The notes beneath the pieces are model-generated. The model worked only from the letters and a program-made list of their open reading frames with translations. It was not told where the DNA came from and searched no databases. A program made the translations under genes and the position numbers. Source: Muribaculaceae bacterium (GTDB lineage: Bacteria; Bacteroidota; Bacteroidia; Bacteroidales; Muribaculaceae). Taken from it: a stretch of DNA of 64,000 nt. The stretch spans positions 34,159 through 98,158 of the forward strand of contig JAFLTU010000004.1 in assembly GCA_022509125.1 (NCBI GenBank), given 5' to 3'. Positions 1 to 9,695 of the stretch are shown one piece after another (the stretch's first letter is position 1; the number at the start of each line of letters is the position of its first letter).

Positions 1-410
1 AGCCCTTTAAAATTGATTCCGGTTTTACCTCCGGTAGCCGCATCCACTGCCCCCAATAAAGTCGTGGGGAAATTCACTGTTCGGATACCTCGTTTGAAGG
101 TCGATGCCGCAAACCCTCCAAGATCGGTGACCACTCCTCCCCCGATATTGAGCACTACGCTGTTTCGGGTTGCTCCGATCTCCTCAAGTTTCTCCCACAC
201 TTTCCCCGCGGTTTCCAGGTTTTTCCCATCCTCTCCGATAGGAATCTCAACCACAGGAGTTTCCTGCAAAATATTGGATTCAGAGAGGAGGGGAAAAACC
301 TTGTTTCTCACATTGCTATCGGTCACAATCAATACCCTGTCGGGAGACAGCATATCGATGCTCTCATCGATGGCAGTAGTAGGCTCGAAGGTCAGATATT
401 GTTTATCCAT
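1..410 (-). CDS. aroB: 3-dehydroquinate synthase, 5' part (runs off window edge)
   Basis: Not in ORF track. Manual minus-strand translation from ATG at 410: MDKQYLTF...GEDGKNLETAGKVWEKL...IGGGVVTDLGGFAASTFKRGIRTVNFPTTLLGAVDAATGGKTGINFKG, the canonical AroB motifs. Confidence 0.93.
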   Translation of the reverse strand, partial: MDKQYLTFEPTTAIDESIDMLSPDRVLIVTDSNVRNKVFPLLSESNILQETPVVEIPIGEDGKNLETAGKVWEKLEEIGATRNSVVLNIGGGVVTDLGGFAASTFKRGIRTVNFPTTLLGAVDAATGGKTGINFKG

Positions 411-1075
411 TCAGCAAAAGAAGTCATATTAGGAAAAATCAAGTCAGCCCCCTCTTTCTCGAAAGCTTCAGCAGGGATAGGGCCCGTGGTGACAGCTATT
501 GTGAAGAGTCCCGCCGCTTTGCCCGACCTCACTCCTAAGGGCGCGTTTTCTATCACTATGGCCTCCTCCGGTTTCACTCCGGCCTTCTGCAGTCCCTTTA
601 GGTAGGGATCAGGATGAGGCTTGCCATTATTGACATCAAGGGCGGTCACTCTCTTATGGCGGGGGAAAAATCCGGGATAATCCCGGTCGAGCCCGTCGAG
701 CAGCGAACCCTGGGCCGAACCGGTCACTAACACAGTGTCAATTCCCAGTTTTCGCAGTCCCTCCAGCATATCTTTGGCTCCGGTCATCATCGGGGCCTCT
801 CCGCAATGCTTGAAGAGCTCGGTCTTCTGATGATAAATAGCATCGCGTTCCTCTTGAGTGGTTTCTCTGCCAAGTTCTCTCTTCAGGATCATTCCGATAG
901 TGTCGGAACCCTTCATCCCCTCATAAAGATAATATTCTTCGGGTCGGCTCGTAGTGACCCCAAGTTCGGTGAAGAGCCGGTGCCACGAGGCCGCATGAAA
1001 GGGCATAGAGTCATATAAGACTCCGTCCATATCGATGAGGGCGGCTTTCACCCCCTCAGGAAGTTTCCTTTCCAT
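392..1075 (-). CDS. HAD-superfamily phosphatase (beta-phosphoglucomutase-like)
   Basis: DMDGVLYDS motif I, VTGS motif II, GKPHPDPY and IENAPLG motifs III/IV. Confidence 0.88.
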   Translation of the reverse strand: MERKLPEGVKAALIDMDGVLYDSMPFHAASWHRLFTELGVTTSRPEEYYLYEGMKGSDTIGMILKRELGRETTQEERDAIYHQKTELFKHCGEAPMMTGAKDMLEGLRKLGIDTVLVTGSAQGSLLDGLDRDYPGFFPRHKRVTALDVNNGKPHPDPYLKGLQKAGVKPEEAIVIENAPLGVRSGKAAGLFTIAVTTGPIPAEAFEKEGADLIFPNMTSFAEWINNI

Positions 1076-1146
1076 TTCTCCTAAGCGTCTGTTTCTTCAA
1101 ATTTAGGCCCCGTCTATGGAGCCGGTGTCAACTGAAAAAAGGGATT

Positions 1147-2322
1147 TCAGTCAAGAAAACTGTCTTTAAGGATTTGTATGACGTCTTCTCTTGTCAGTTT
1201 CTTATATCCGCCTCCTAAAATGGTGGAATCTGCAATACCTTCAAGCATCGCCTCCGTCACTCCCAGTCCTGTGACATTTGAAGCCGCTCCAATCTCCTTG
1301 ATCCAGTCTTCAAGAGCTGCTACTCCCGCTTTTGCCAGTTCTTCTTCAGTTTTTCCTTCTGCAGGGATCTCCCATACCACTTTTGCGAAACGTGCCAATC
1401 TGTGTTGGTCCTCTTTCAAGATAAATCTATAGTAGGCTCCCGAAATCGCCGACAAAGCCATTCCATGGGTGGCATGGGTGTAGGCACCGATAGCATGAGC
1501 GATCATATGCACCATCCAGTCGCCCTTCTTACCCATCTTAAGCAGGGTATTCAATGCCCATGTGGCACACCACATGATGTTAGACCGTGCTTCATAATTG
1601 CGGGGATCTTTAACGGCAACTCTGCTGGAGGCCACCACAGAACGCATCAATCCTTCAATCATATAGTCGGTTGTGGAGTCATCATCGCCCGAAAAATATT
1701 GCTCCATTAAATGGCTCATGATATCAAATATCCCGGCCACCATCTGATTTTGCGGCAGACTGAAGGTATATTCAGGATTTAGAATGGCAAACTTCGGAAT
1801 AAGACGTTCTCCGAACACTTTTCCGAGTTTTAATTTATTGGGTTCGTCGGTTATGACTGAACCTCCGTTCATTTCTGACCCGGTGCCTGCAAGTGTCAAT
1901 ACCGATCCCACAGGGATAACCTTCTGGTCCGATGCCGGTTCATTGCCTTTTACCCAGAAATTTTCCCAAGCGTCGCCGTCATACCAGGCAGCTGCAGCTA
2001 CTCCTTTGGAATAGTCTACTGTAGAACCCCCGCCAACAGCAAGGATTAAGTCTACATCGTTTTCACGTGCCACCTTTATTCCCTCATTCAATTTTTCCAA
2101 CGTCGGATTCGGCATCACTCCCGATAACTCGATAACTTCCTTGCCCGATTCTTTCAATGCCTTGACAACAGTGTCATATACTCCGTTGGTCTTTATAGAA
2201 CCCCCTCCGTAGGTAAGAAGCACTTTAGGCCCGAAATTTTTTAATGCCTCAACAAGATTAGTCTCTACTTCCGTCCCAAAATAAAGTTTGGTCGGATTGT
2301 AATAGATGAAATTCCCTAACAT
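1147..2322 (-). CDS. Iron-containing alcohol dehydrogenase (butanol dehydrogenase/YqhD-like)
   Basis: NPTKLYFG, AVGGGSTVD, TLAGTGSE, DIMSHLMEQY, HMIAH..THG metal ligands. Confidence 0.9.
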   Translation of the reverse strand: MLGNFIYYNPTKLYFGTEVETNLVEALKNFGPKVLLTYGGGSIKTNGVYDTVVKALKESGKEVIELSGVMPNPTLEKLNEGIKVARENDVDLILAVGGGSTVDYSKGVAAAAWYDGDAWENFWVKGNEPASDQKVIPVGSVLTLAGTGSEMNGGSVITDEPNKLKLGKVFGERLIPKFAILNPEYTFSLPQNQMVAGIFDIMSHLMEQYFSGDDDSTTDYMIEGLMRSVVASSRVAVKDPRNYEARSNIMWCATWALNTLLKMGKKGDWMVHMIAHAIGAYTHATHGMALSAISGAYYRFILKEDQHRLARFAKVVWEIPAEGKTEEELAKAGVAALEDWIKEIGAASNVTGLGVTEAMLEGIADSTILGGGYKKLTREDVIQILKDSFLD

Positions 2323-2325
2323 AAT

Positions 2326-3036
2326 TTATTGTTTTTTCGTTTCGTAAAGTTGCGTGGTTAATATGGGTAAAATTATTCCTTCCATAATCTTATATCCCTC
2401 TAAAGATGGATGAACTCCGTCTATGCTCAAACCCTCTTTCATGCCGTAATCCTCATTACTCATGCTACTGAAATAATCAGCAAATGGCAAATTTTCCGAT
2501 TCTGAATATAGGCGAATTTTTTCATTCAAGGAAATCAACTTTTCAGGTATTCCTTTCATTTGCGGATTCCAATAAAAATGATCTGTGGGAGGGACACTCG
2601 TCAACACCACTTTGATGTTGTTAATCCGGGCAAGCTCTGCCATGGAAATAATATTGCCCACTGTTATAGCTTCATTATAGTTATGATTATTTTCTGCCAC
2701 ATCGTTGGTGCCCGCTGTTATAACCACTATTTCCGGTTTTAAATTTATCACATCTTCTCGAAAGCGGTCGAGCATTTGGTAGGTGGTCTGGCCTGAGATT
2801 CCTCTTCCTAAAAAATTATTCGACTTGAAAAAGTCCGGATCCTCTTTGACCCATCCCTCTGTGATGGAATTACCCATGAAAACCACCTTAGGCCGCATAT
2901 CTTCGGGTAGAGATTTTATCGAATCGTTTTCCATAGCATATTTCCCGAATTGAGCCCAGTCATCGGCAGGCCAAGCCATAAAACCACTCAAGGAAAAAAC
3001 GGAGGCTGTCAAAATTAAAATAAGTCTTTTAATCAT
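2326..3036 (-). CDS. Exported SGNH/GDSL acylhydrolase
   Basis: Signal peptide; GNSIT, RGISGQT, GTND, DGVHP blocks. Confidence 0.88.
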   Translation of the reverse strand: MIKRLILILTASVFSLSGFMAWPADDWAQFGKYAMENDSIKSLPEDMRPKVVFMGNSITEGWVKEDPDFFKSNNFLGRGISGQTTYQMLDRFREDVINLKPEIVVITAGTNDVAENNHNYNEAITVGNIISMAELARINNIKVVLTSVPPTDHFYWNPQMKGIPEKLISLNEKIRLYSESENLPFADYFSSMSNEDYGMKEGLSIDGVHPSLEGYKIMEGIILPILTTQLYETKKQ

Positions 3037-3254
3037 ACTCTATCAATATTTTTAATCTCATCCTTCGACTCCTCGGTCGCTTCTACCTTTACATCAGGTT
3101 CCACATCCTTCATTCCATCTTTGAAGGCCTTGACTCCTTTGCCCAGTCCCTTCATCATTTCGGGAATCTTCTTTCCTCCAAAGAATAGAAGCACTACTAA
3201 GGCTATCAACAGGACTTCCTGAAATCCGAGTCCTCCTATTAAATCAAGTGTCAT
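3033..3254 (-). CDS. tatA: Twin-arginine translocase subunit TatA/TatE
   Basis: TM helix followed by FGGKKIPEMMKGLGKGVKAFKDG. Confidence 0.93.
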   Translation of the reverse strand: MTLDLIGGLGFQEVLLIALVVLLFFGGKKIPEMMKGLGKGVKAFKDGMKDVEPDVKVEATEESKDEIKNIDRV

Positions 3255-3584
3255 ATCTCTAAAAATATTTTTTTGTAATTTCTTATATCCAATTTAACTT
3301 TCTCACATCCATTTGATTGATTGTCAATGGCAAACCTTGGAGAGGCTTCGTCGCGGAGCAACCGTGACATGGCTTAATTTGTCTGCCTTTGGGTGAAAAA
3401 TGTTAATTTTTTCTACCCCGGGTCAAAAACTGTGTCAAGATCTTTTAATCTAATGTCCGTATGCTGATACTTGTTTTTAGGCATTACTTCTCTAATATAC
3501 TAAACTTTAACTTTTATTTTTTATTATCTTTTTCCGCGGAAATCCTTCAAATTTGAACTTTAAGCTAAAATTCTGTGATTTTCC

Positions 3585-3592
3585 CAAATTTA
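3585..3592 (-). promoter_or_regulatory. Bacteroidetes sigma-A -7 element, candidate tatA operon promoter
   Basis: TAAATTTG on minus strand matches TAnnTTTG; implies a leader of about 320 nt. Confidence 0.45.
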
Positions 3593-3671
3593 CGTGCCTG
3601 GACGATAGCACTAATCCTCTACTTATATGGGCCCCTTTCCCCGCTTTTATCTTTTTAAAATTCACTAAACT

Positions 3672-3701
3672 TTTGATTTAGGCGATTTTTAATTAGATTT
3701 G
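3672..3701 (+). promoter_or_regulatory. Bacteroidetes sigma-A promoter for the S41 protease gene
   Basis: TTTG (3672-3675) then TAGATTTG (3694-3701). Confidence 0.6.
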
Positions 3702-3782
3702 CAGTAAGGGAAGGAATGGCGCCTTGCCACCCCCTTTTTTGGCCCCATTCGAATGTGGCCGCGCATCCTAAAAAATGTAGGA

Positions 3783-5393
3783 ATGAAGAAATTATTAATC
3801 ATATTATTGGGTTTCATCACTTTATCACTTAGCTATGCAGCCTCACGGCAGGAGGCGTCGCTCTCGGAATTCAACAAGCTAAGAATGGCCCAGGCAGCAA
3901 TAACCCAGCTTTATGTTGATTCCGTCGACGAGGGTCGACTCGTCGAGGATGCTATCGTGGCAATGCTCGCCGGTCTTGACCCGCATTCACAATATAGCAA
4001 CGCCGAAGAGACTAAAGACCTCAACGAACCCCTTGCAGGAAATTTCAGCGGTGTGGGTATCACGTTCAACATGAACAACGACACGCTCTACGTCATTCAA
4101 ACCGTCTCAGGGGGGCCATCCGAAAGAGTGGGAATCCTGGCCGGCGACCGTATAATAGCCGTCAACGACACTGTCATAGCCGGAGTCAAAATGAAAAACT
4201 CCGACATAATGAAGCGACTTCGCGGCCCGAAAGGCACTAATGTCGACGTCAAGGTGCTTCGCCGTAACCAAGGCACCAACGACACCATCGATTTCCGCAT
4301 CACTCGTACCGACATACCTATCTATAGCGTAGATGCAGCCTATATGGTTGACGACAAAACAGGTTATATACGGCTCAACCGGTTTGCCGCCGAAACAGCC
4401 GAAGAAATGCAAAAGGCGATCAAAGACCTCAAGAAGCAGGGGATGGACCGCCTGATTCTCGACCTCACCGACAATGGAGGTGGATATCTCAACGCTGCCG
4501 TTGATCTCCTCGGAGAATTTCTCCAACCCGGGCAAATGACTGTCTACACCGAAGGTCTTAACTCCCCGAGAATCGACAATTTTGCTAAACCCTCCGGCAG
4601 CAAACCCCTTTTCAACGAGGGAAGGCTTGTGGTGATGGTCAACCAATATTCGGCATCTGCTTCCGAAATAACTTCCGGTGCCATCCAAGACTGGGACCGC
4701 GGACTTATTGTGGGCCGTCGCACTTTCGGGAAAGGTCTTGTGCAACGCCCCATTCCTTTCCCCGACGGATCTATGATACGCCTAACTGTTGCGCATTACT
4801 ACACTCCCACAGGACGTGACATCCAGAAACCTTACGAGAAAGGTAACGCAAAGGCTTATCGGAGCGACATTATCGACCGTTTCAACAGCGGTGAGCTTAT
4901 GCACGCCGATTCAATCCATCATGTCGACTCCCTTAAGGTGGAAACTCTCCGACTTAATCGGCCTATTTATGGGGGAGGGGGAATTTATCCCGACCGGTTT
5001 GTGGCTCTCGACACTACCGAATACACTAAATATTATCGCGACGTAACTGCAAAAGGTCTTATTAACTCTTACAGTATCGCTTATGTAGACCAACATCGCA
5101 AAGAAATTGTGAAGGAATATAAGAACGACACCAATTTCAACCGTGAATTCCAAGTGACGCCCGAAATGCTGCAAGAGCTTTTCACCCTCGCTGAAAAAGA
5201 GGGCATTGAATTCAATCAGGAAGAGGCTCAAACGAGCACTCCTCTCTTTTCAATGATAATCAAAGGACTAATTGGCAGAGATGTCTTCGATAATTCCACT
5301 TACTATAAGGTCTACAATAGCCATGACCCCATTTTCCAAGAGGCTTACAGGATTATAAATTCCGAAGACTACGACACCCTCCTCCCAAAATAG
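3783..5393 (+). CDS. Carboxy-terminal processing protease (S41A, PDZ domain; CtpA/Prc-like)
   Basis: Signal peptide from ATG 3783; LDPHS, GVGI PDZ, DLTDNGGG, SASASEI, TFGKGLVQ, YYTPTGRDIQK. Confidence 0.92.
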   Translation: MKKLLIILLGFITLSLSYAASRQEASLSEFNKLRMAQAAITQLYVDSVDEGRLVEDAIVAMLAGLDPHSQYSNAEETKDLNEPLAGNFSGVGITFNMNNDTLYVIQTVSGGPSERVGILAGDRIIAVNDTVIAGVKMKNSDIMKRLRGPKGTNVDVKVLRRNQGTNDTIDFRITRTDIPIYSVDAAYMVDDKTGYIRLNRFAAETAEEMQKAIKDLKKQGMDRLILDLTDNGGGYLNAAVDLLGEFLQPGQMTVYTEGLNSPRIDNFAKPSGSKPLFNEGRLVVMVNQYSASASEITSGAIQDWDRGLIVGRRTFGKGLVQRPIPFPDGSMIRLTVAHYYTPTGRDIQKPYEKGNAKAYRSDIIDRFNSGELMHADSIHHVDSLKVETLRLNRPIYGGGGIYPDRFVALDTTEYTKYYRDVTAKGLINSYSIAYVDQHRKEIVKEYKNDTNFNREFQVTPEMLQELFTLAEKEGIEFNQEEAQTSTPLFSMIIKGLIGRDVFDNSTYYKVYNSHDPIFQEAYRIINSEDYDTLLPK

Positions 5394-5450
5394 ATAACGC
5401 ATAAACCGGCAGATAAAATTTTTTTGAATTACTAACCACGCCCCACTATT

Positions 5451-6923
5451 ATGAAATATATCTATTCCTATTGCTTGAGTTTATTGGCATTCCTTACGGC
5501 TGCTAATGTCGCAGCCGCACAGACATTCCATCTTGATGGATGCCTGACTTGCGCTCACGCCGACTCCCTGTTGTCGGCTCAAAAAGACTCATTGGTGGTT
5601 TCAAACCCAAGAGCCCTTTTCGACTCTCTCCCGGCTCCGAAAGTCAACAACAATATAGTGAATCTTAGCCTTGTGCCTAAGATTTTCTCAGGATATCAGA
5701 AAATTCAAGACATTCCTAATCTTTCAAAATCAGGATTGCAATATAATCTAAACCCTGCCACTCCTCTGCCGATTTTGCAAGAGGATGAGATTTCCACGAC
5801 GGAATTTCCGGAGACTTTGTTGCCGGAGGAAGAGATCGCTGAAGAGCCATCCCTGCCTGGTATCCAAAAATACCACACTCCTCAATGGCTCCGTGACGCC
5901 GTCAAGAGTTCTCAGGCTCAGGAAAATCTTCTTTATTCCTATATGATCGACAATCCCATGGCTATCGAATATGCTTATTGGGATCTCCCACTTCCTCCGG
6001 TGCTCCTTGAGGAAGACCGCTCATTCATCGCCTTCCTTAACCGTCAGGTAGTCCCCGAAGTCGACCCGGGAGATGCTGATATCGAGGAAACGGAGATAAA
6101 AAAAGTGTATTGGCTGCATAAAGTGGGAACTCAGCTCCAATTCTCCCAGGCTTATGTGTCCCCCAACTGGTATCAGGGTGGAAATAGCTATCTCTCAATG
6201 CTTTTCAATTTCAACTGGAATGTGCAGCTAAATCCGGTCTACCACCCCAACCTTTTATTCACAAGCGACCTTCAATATAAAGTGGCCTTCAGTTCTAATC
6301 CTAAAGGCTCCTACCATAGATACACCATCGCCGAAGATAATTTCCAATACAATCTCAACTTCGGTGTCAAAGCTGTCAAACAATGGTTTTATTCTTTCAA
6401 CCTCCAGTTCAAGACTCAGCTCTTCAATAATTTCGATGAAAACTCCGATGTGCGCACCGCGGCCTTCCTATCTCCCGCTGACTTGAATATGGGTCTTGGT
6501 ATGACCTACACTCACACCAACAAACTAAAAACTTTCACCTACACCTTGACCATCTCTCCCCTGTCATACAATATGAAGGCCTGTCTTAAAGACAACAACA
6601 TAGTGGATCATGCCACTTATGGCATACCGGCCGACAAACATGTGAAAAATGAAATCGGTAGCAACCTCGAATACACCATGGATTGGAAAATCACTACCAA
6701 CATCGCCTACAAGACCAGGGTATTCATGTTCACCGATTATAAATATTACATGGCCGATTGGCAAAACACCTTCAGCTTCGACATCAATAAATTCCTTAGC
6801 ACTCAGGTTTTCGTGAATCTGCGCTATGACGGGTCAACTGAAAATTATGGCAAATGGAAGAAGTTTATGCTTAGGGAACTCTTAAGCTTCGGCCTCTCCT
6901 ACACCTTCTCTACAAAACCCTAA
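5451..6923 (+). CDS. DUF3078-family outer-membrane beta-barrel-like protein
   Basis: Signal peptide; QFSQAYVSPNWYQGG, AFLSPADLNMGLG, C-terminal ELLSFGLSYTF. Confidence 0.75.
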   Translation: MKYIYSYCLSLLAFLTAANVAAAQTFHLDGCLTCAHADSLLSAQKDSLVVSNPRALFDSLPAPKVNNNIVNLSLVPKIFSGYQKIQDIPNLSKSGLQYNLNPATPLPILQEDEISTTEFPETLLPEEEIAEEPSLPGIQKYHTPQWLRDAVKSSQAQENLLYSYMIDNPMAIEYAYWDLPLPPVLLEEDRSFIAFLNRQVVPEVDPGDADIEETEIKKVYWLHKVGTQLQFSQAYVSPNWYQGGNSYLSMLFNFNWNVQLNPVYHPNLLFTSDLQYKVAFSSNPKGSYHRYTIAEDNFQYNLNFGVKAVKQWFYSFNLQFKTQLFNNFDENSDVRTAAFLSPADLNMGLGMTYTHTNKLKTFTYTLTISPLSYNMKACLKDNNIVDHATYGIPADKHVKNEIGSNLEYTMDWKITTNIAYKTRVFMFTDYKYYMADWQNTFSFDINKFLSTQVFVNLRYDGSTENYGKWKKFMLRELLSFGLSYTFSTKP

Positions 6924-6999
6924 CTCTTACATCCCATTACTCCTTCCCTTCTCTGTTAGGGAGAAAGGTTCACGGTAGAGGAGAAGCATTGTTAATAAT

Positions 7000-7605
7000 A
7001 TGCGATACAAAGAGATTTTATTAAGCCTAATCATAATTATAGGTTGCGGAGCCATGGGAATGGCTGAGGCTCCGGTGGCCTATGATATCGACATGGCTAA
7101 GGAGATTTGTCAAGAACTCCCGCTTGAAAATCTTGAAGGCATATGGGTCTATCCCGATGACAATGTCACTGTTTTGATTCTTAACGACCATGAAGAATCC
7201 ATGCAACGTTTCCCCTCCTACACCATTTCTGTGGTTGAAACTGCCGATAGCCGGCTCCGGCGAGGGGATAAAATCGGAAAACTTTTCGCAACGGCTCAAG
7301 AGAATGTCTATCGTATAGAGCTTTCCACCGAACGGAAAAACGACCTCCTGCTAAAGCCGAAATCATGTCTGGCCACTCTCTCAAGCAATGGAGATGCCTT
7401 CATTATCAAGAAACAGAAGCTCCCTTTCAAGAGTCGGCTAAATTTAAATTTCAGCCGGCTCCTCCCCGGCTTCTGGAAAATTGTAAGCACCGGAATTTCC
7501 CCTTCCTCCGGAGGTCCTTCGGTCTCTCCTCCCGTTGGATTGGTGAAAATATTCCCTTCCTATGACGGCAATGGCTCTTCTCGAAGAAAAATAAGATACC
7601 TATGA
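7000..7605 (+). CDS. Hypothetical exported protein
   Basis: N-terminal hydrophobic signal; ATGA overlap with the next gene. Confidence 0.65.
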   Translation: MRYKEILLSLIIIIGCGAMGMAEAPVAYDIDMAKEICQELPLENLEGIWVYPDDNVTVLILNDHEESMQRFPSYTISVVETADSRLRRGDKIGKLFATAQENVYRIELSTERKNDLLLKPKSCLATLSSNGDAFIIKKQKLPFKSRLNLNFSRLLPGFWKIVSTGISPSSGGPSVSPPVGLVKIFPSYDGNGSSRRKIRYL

Positions 7606-8165
7606 ATTCAAGAATCACCAATCTATTCAATTTTTGCATCATAGGTTCCGTGCTTCTTGTTGCTTGCCTCCTATTCTCTTCTCAACAATTGGAGGCCAAG
7701 AAAATAAAACATTCCTTCACAATAGCAAAGGAAAAAAAGGGGGTGACGAAAAAGAACGTGGAAATGACGGGGTGCCCTATTTCTATGGCTGATTCCCTCG
7801 CTGCCAATAATGAATCTGTGCATAATACTTCAACCCAAATTCACCCGGACATCTTCCAATGTGGATTTGCCGGATATGACAAGGAACCCAATTCAAATAT
7901 CGAGTCTTTTATCCTTATAAACAAAAGCGGCAACACCATTACAGGCTATGAAGTCAGAATCGATTATCTTGACATGCAGGGACGTATGCTGCATTCCAGA
8001 GTGGTGAAGGAGCCTTGCGAGGTGCCTCCGCATGAAACCCGAAGACTTGACATTAAGAGCTGGGACACTCAGCGAACCTATTATTATTACTTAGGCAACG
8101 CTCCTCGAAAAGTGGCAACACCTTACCAAGTGAATTTCACCCCCCTCACATTCTGGGTAATTTGA
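7602..8165 (+). CDS. Hypothetical exported protein (FxLYD-like Ig domain)
   Basis: Signal peptide; NKSGNTITGYEVRIDYLDMQGRMLH..VPPHETR pattern. Confidence 0.6.
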   Translation: MNSRITNLFNFCIIGSVLLVACLLFSSQQLEAKKIKHSFTIAKEKKGVTKKNVEMTGCPISMADSLAANNESVHNTSTQIHPDIFQCGFAGYDKEPNSNIESFILINKSGNTITGYEVRIDYLDMQGRMLHSRVVKEPCEVPPHETRRLDIKSWDTQRTYYYYLGNAPRKVATPYQVNFTPLTFWVI

Positions 8166-8203
8166 AAGCCCTACACAAATCTCTCATTCCAACTCCCCTC
8201 CCT

Positions 8204-8479
8204 ATGGACAATAAAACCTTCTTGGACACTCTCTCCCAACGTCTTGACATCTCCTTGGCCTCAGTGGGCGCCCTGCTTGAATCTTTGGCCAAAGAAATAG
8301 CCGATAATGCCGCAAATCTCGACGGGGTCGTCGTGCCCGGGTTCGGTTCCTTTGAGCCCCGCCTGAGAGAGGAAAGAGTTTCGTTGCATCCTGCATCAGG
8401 GAAACGTCTGCTCGTCCCTCCCAGAATCACTCTCTCATTCAAACAGTCGCCCATTCTCAAACAAAAAATCAACTCCTGA
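8204..8479 (+). CDS. HU/IHF-family DNA-binding protein
   Basis: Likely ATG 8204; VPGFGSFEPRLREERVSLHPASGKRLLVPP. Confidence 0.85.
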   Translation: MDNKTFLDTLSQRLDISLASVGALLESLAKEIADNAANLDGVVVPGFGSFEPRLREERVSLHPASGKRLLVPPRITLSFKQSPILKQKINS

Positions 8480-8499
8480 CCTACCATCCCATTTTCGAT

Positions 8500-9642
8500 A
8501 TGGACAACAAAATCACTGCGAGCGCTCTCGCCGCCAATATGGCCCTGGCTACCGGTAAAAGCCGTAAGCTTTGTGAAGATTTTATAAGGGAATTTTTCAA
8601 GCTTGCCGGAGAAAATTTAGAGGCCGGAGAAAACCTTAGAATTAAAGGGTTCGGCTCCTTCAAGATAGTTGACGTTGAAAGGAGAGAAAGCGTCAACGTC
8701 AACACAGGTGAGAGATATGAAATCGCCGCACATCGCAAGGTGGTTTTCACTCCTTCTAAAGAGATGGCGGAAACTATCAACGCCCCGTTCCGTGACTTTG
8801 ACTCCGTGGAAATCGACGATGAAATCCCCGATGACGTCCTTTTGGAAAATGAAGAGACACCGTTGATGGAAAACGAATCACTGAGCGAGGAAGACTCTGT
8901 GAGCAACTATCGTCTGCAAGAAGGTTCTGAAGAGGAGGGAGCTGATGATGAAATCACAGCCGAAGCCTATCTTTCTCAGTCTCCCCACGCGGATGATACG
9001 TCGCCTATCTATGAGGCCTCGAAAGAACCTGCGGAGGCCACCCTTCCCCCGGGAAATACAGTGCCTCCGGAAAACCCTTCCCATGAAGAAAATTCCAGTC
9101 CGCTTAATTCCTCCGAAGAAGAAATTACCCGACCATTCAACTCTTCCGAAGATGAAGATTTTTATGAACCCGAGCAGGAGCCCACAAGATTTTGGAACGG
9201 TTTCCTTATCGGGACCTTGTCCACCTTTGCCGTCTGTGCTGTCATATTCATGCTCGGATGCTTCCTCGACTGGTGGCCTCTCAATTTCGGAGACCCAAAG
9301 GAGACATATGCACTTGTGGAAAACAATGAAATTGCCCCAAATCCGGAAGAAGAGACTTCTGTTATCCAAGGAGAGGAAGTGCAAGAACCTGAGCCAATCT
9401 ACGACACTGTCTCAACCACACGTTATCTCACCACAATAGCTCGCGAACACTACGGCGACTATAATTTCTGGCCTTATATCTACGAGGAAAACCAAAGCAT
9501 CCTGGGACACCCCGACCGCATAACTCCCGGAACGAAAGTAGTGGTGCCTCCGCTCTCCAAATATGGAGTAGATCCCTCCAACCCCGAGGATGTCAAAGAG
9601 GCCAAAAAGAAGGGCGCTGAAATCTATGCCCGATTCAAATAA
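8500..9642 (+). CDS. HU-domain / acidic linker / TM / LysM-domain protein
   Basis: IKGFGSFKIVDVERRESVNVNTGE (HU), TM segment FLIGTLSTFAVCAVIFMLG, LysM-like YLTTIAREHYGDYNFWPYIYEENQ..PDRITPGTKVVVP. Confidence 0.82.
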   Translation: MDNKITASALAANMALATGKSRKLCEDFIREFFKLAGENLEAGENLRIKGFGSFKIVDVERRESVNVNTGERYEIAAHRKVVFTPSKEMAETINAPFRDFDSVEIDDEIPDDVLLENEETPLMENESLSEEDSVSNYRLQEGSEEEGADDEITAEAYLSQSPHADDTSPIYEASKEPAEATLPPGNTVPPENPSHEENSSPLNSSEEEITRPFNSSEDEDFYEPEQEPTRFWNGFLIGTLSTFAVCAVIFMLGCFLDWWPLNFGDPKETYALVENNEIAPNPEEETSVIQGEEVQEPEPIYDTVSTTRYLTTIAREHYGDYNFWPYIYEENQSILGHPDRITPGTKVVVPPLSKYGVDPSNPEDVKEAKKKGAEIYARFK

Positions 9643-9646
9643 ATTG

Positions 9647-9680
9647 AAGGCGCTGATTATGCAATCGGCGCCTTTTATTT
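9647..9680. terminator. Intrinsic terminator between convergent genes
   Basis: AAGGCGCTGATT-atgc-AATCGGCGCCTT followed by T tract. Confidence 0.75.
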
Positions 9681-9695
9681 CTAAAGAAACTGAAT

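Noticed and set aside
13-432. 139-aa plus-strand ORF
   Set aside because: Antisense shadow of aroB, which carries all the family motifs on the minus strand
3329-3388. Possible SRP RNA or c-di-GMP riboswitch (GGAGCAACC, GGCAAACC words)
   Set aside because: Lacks the SRP CAGG..GGAAGG core and the GEMM GAAA/GGGACGCAAA elements; kept only as an unassigned structured leader
6940-6987. Purine/pyrimidine-rich hairpin after the DUF3078 gene
   Set aside because: Imperfect stem, no U tract and no second copy seen; cannot be called a terminator or REP element
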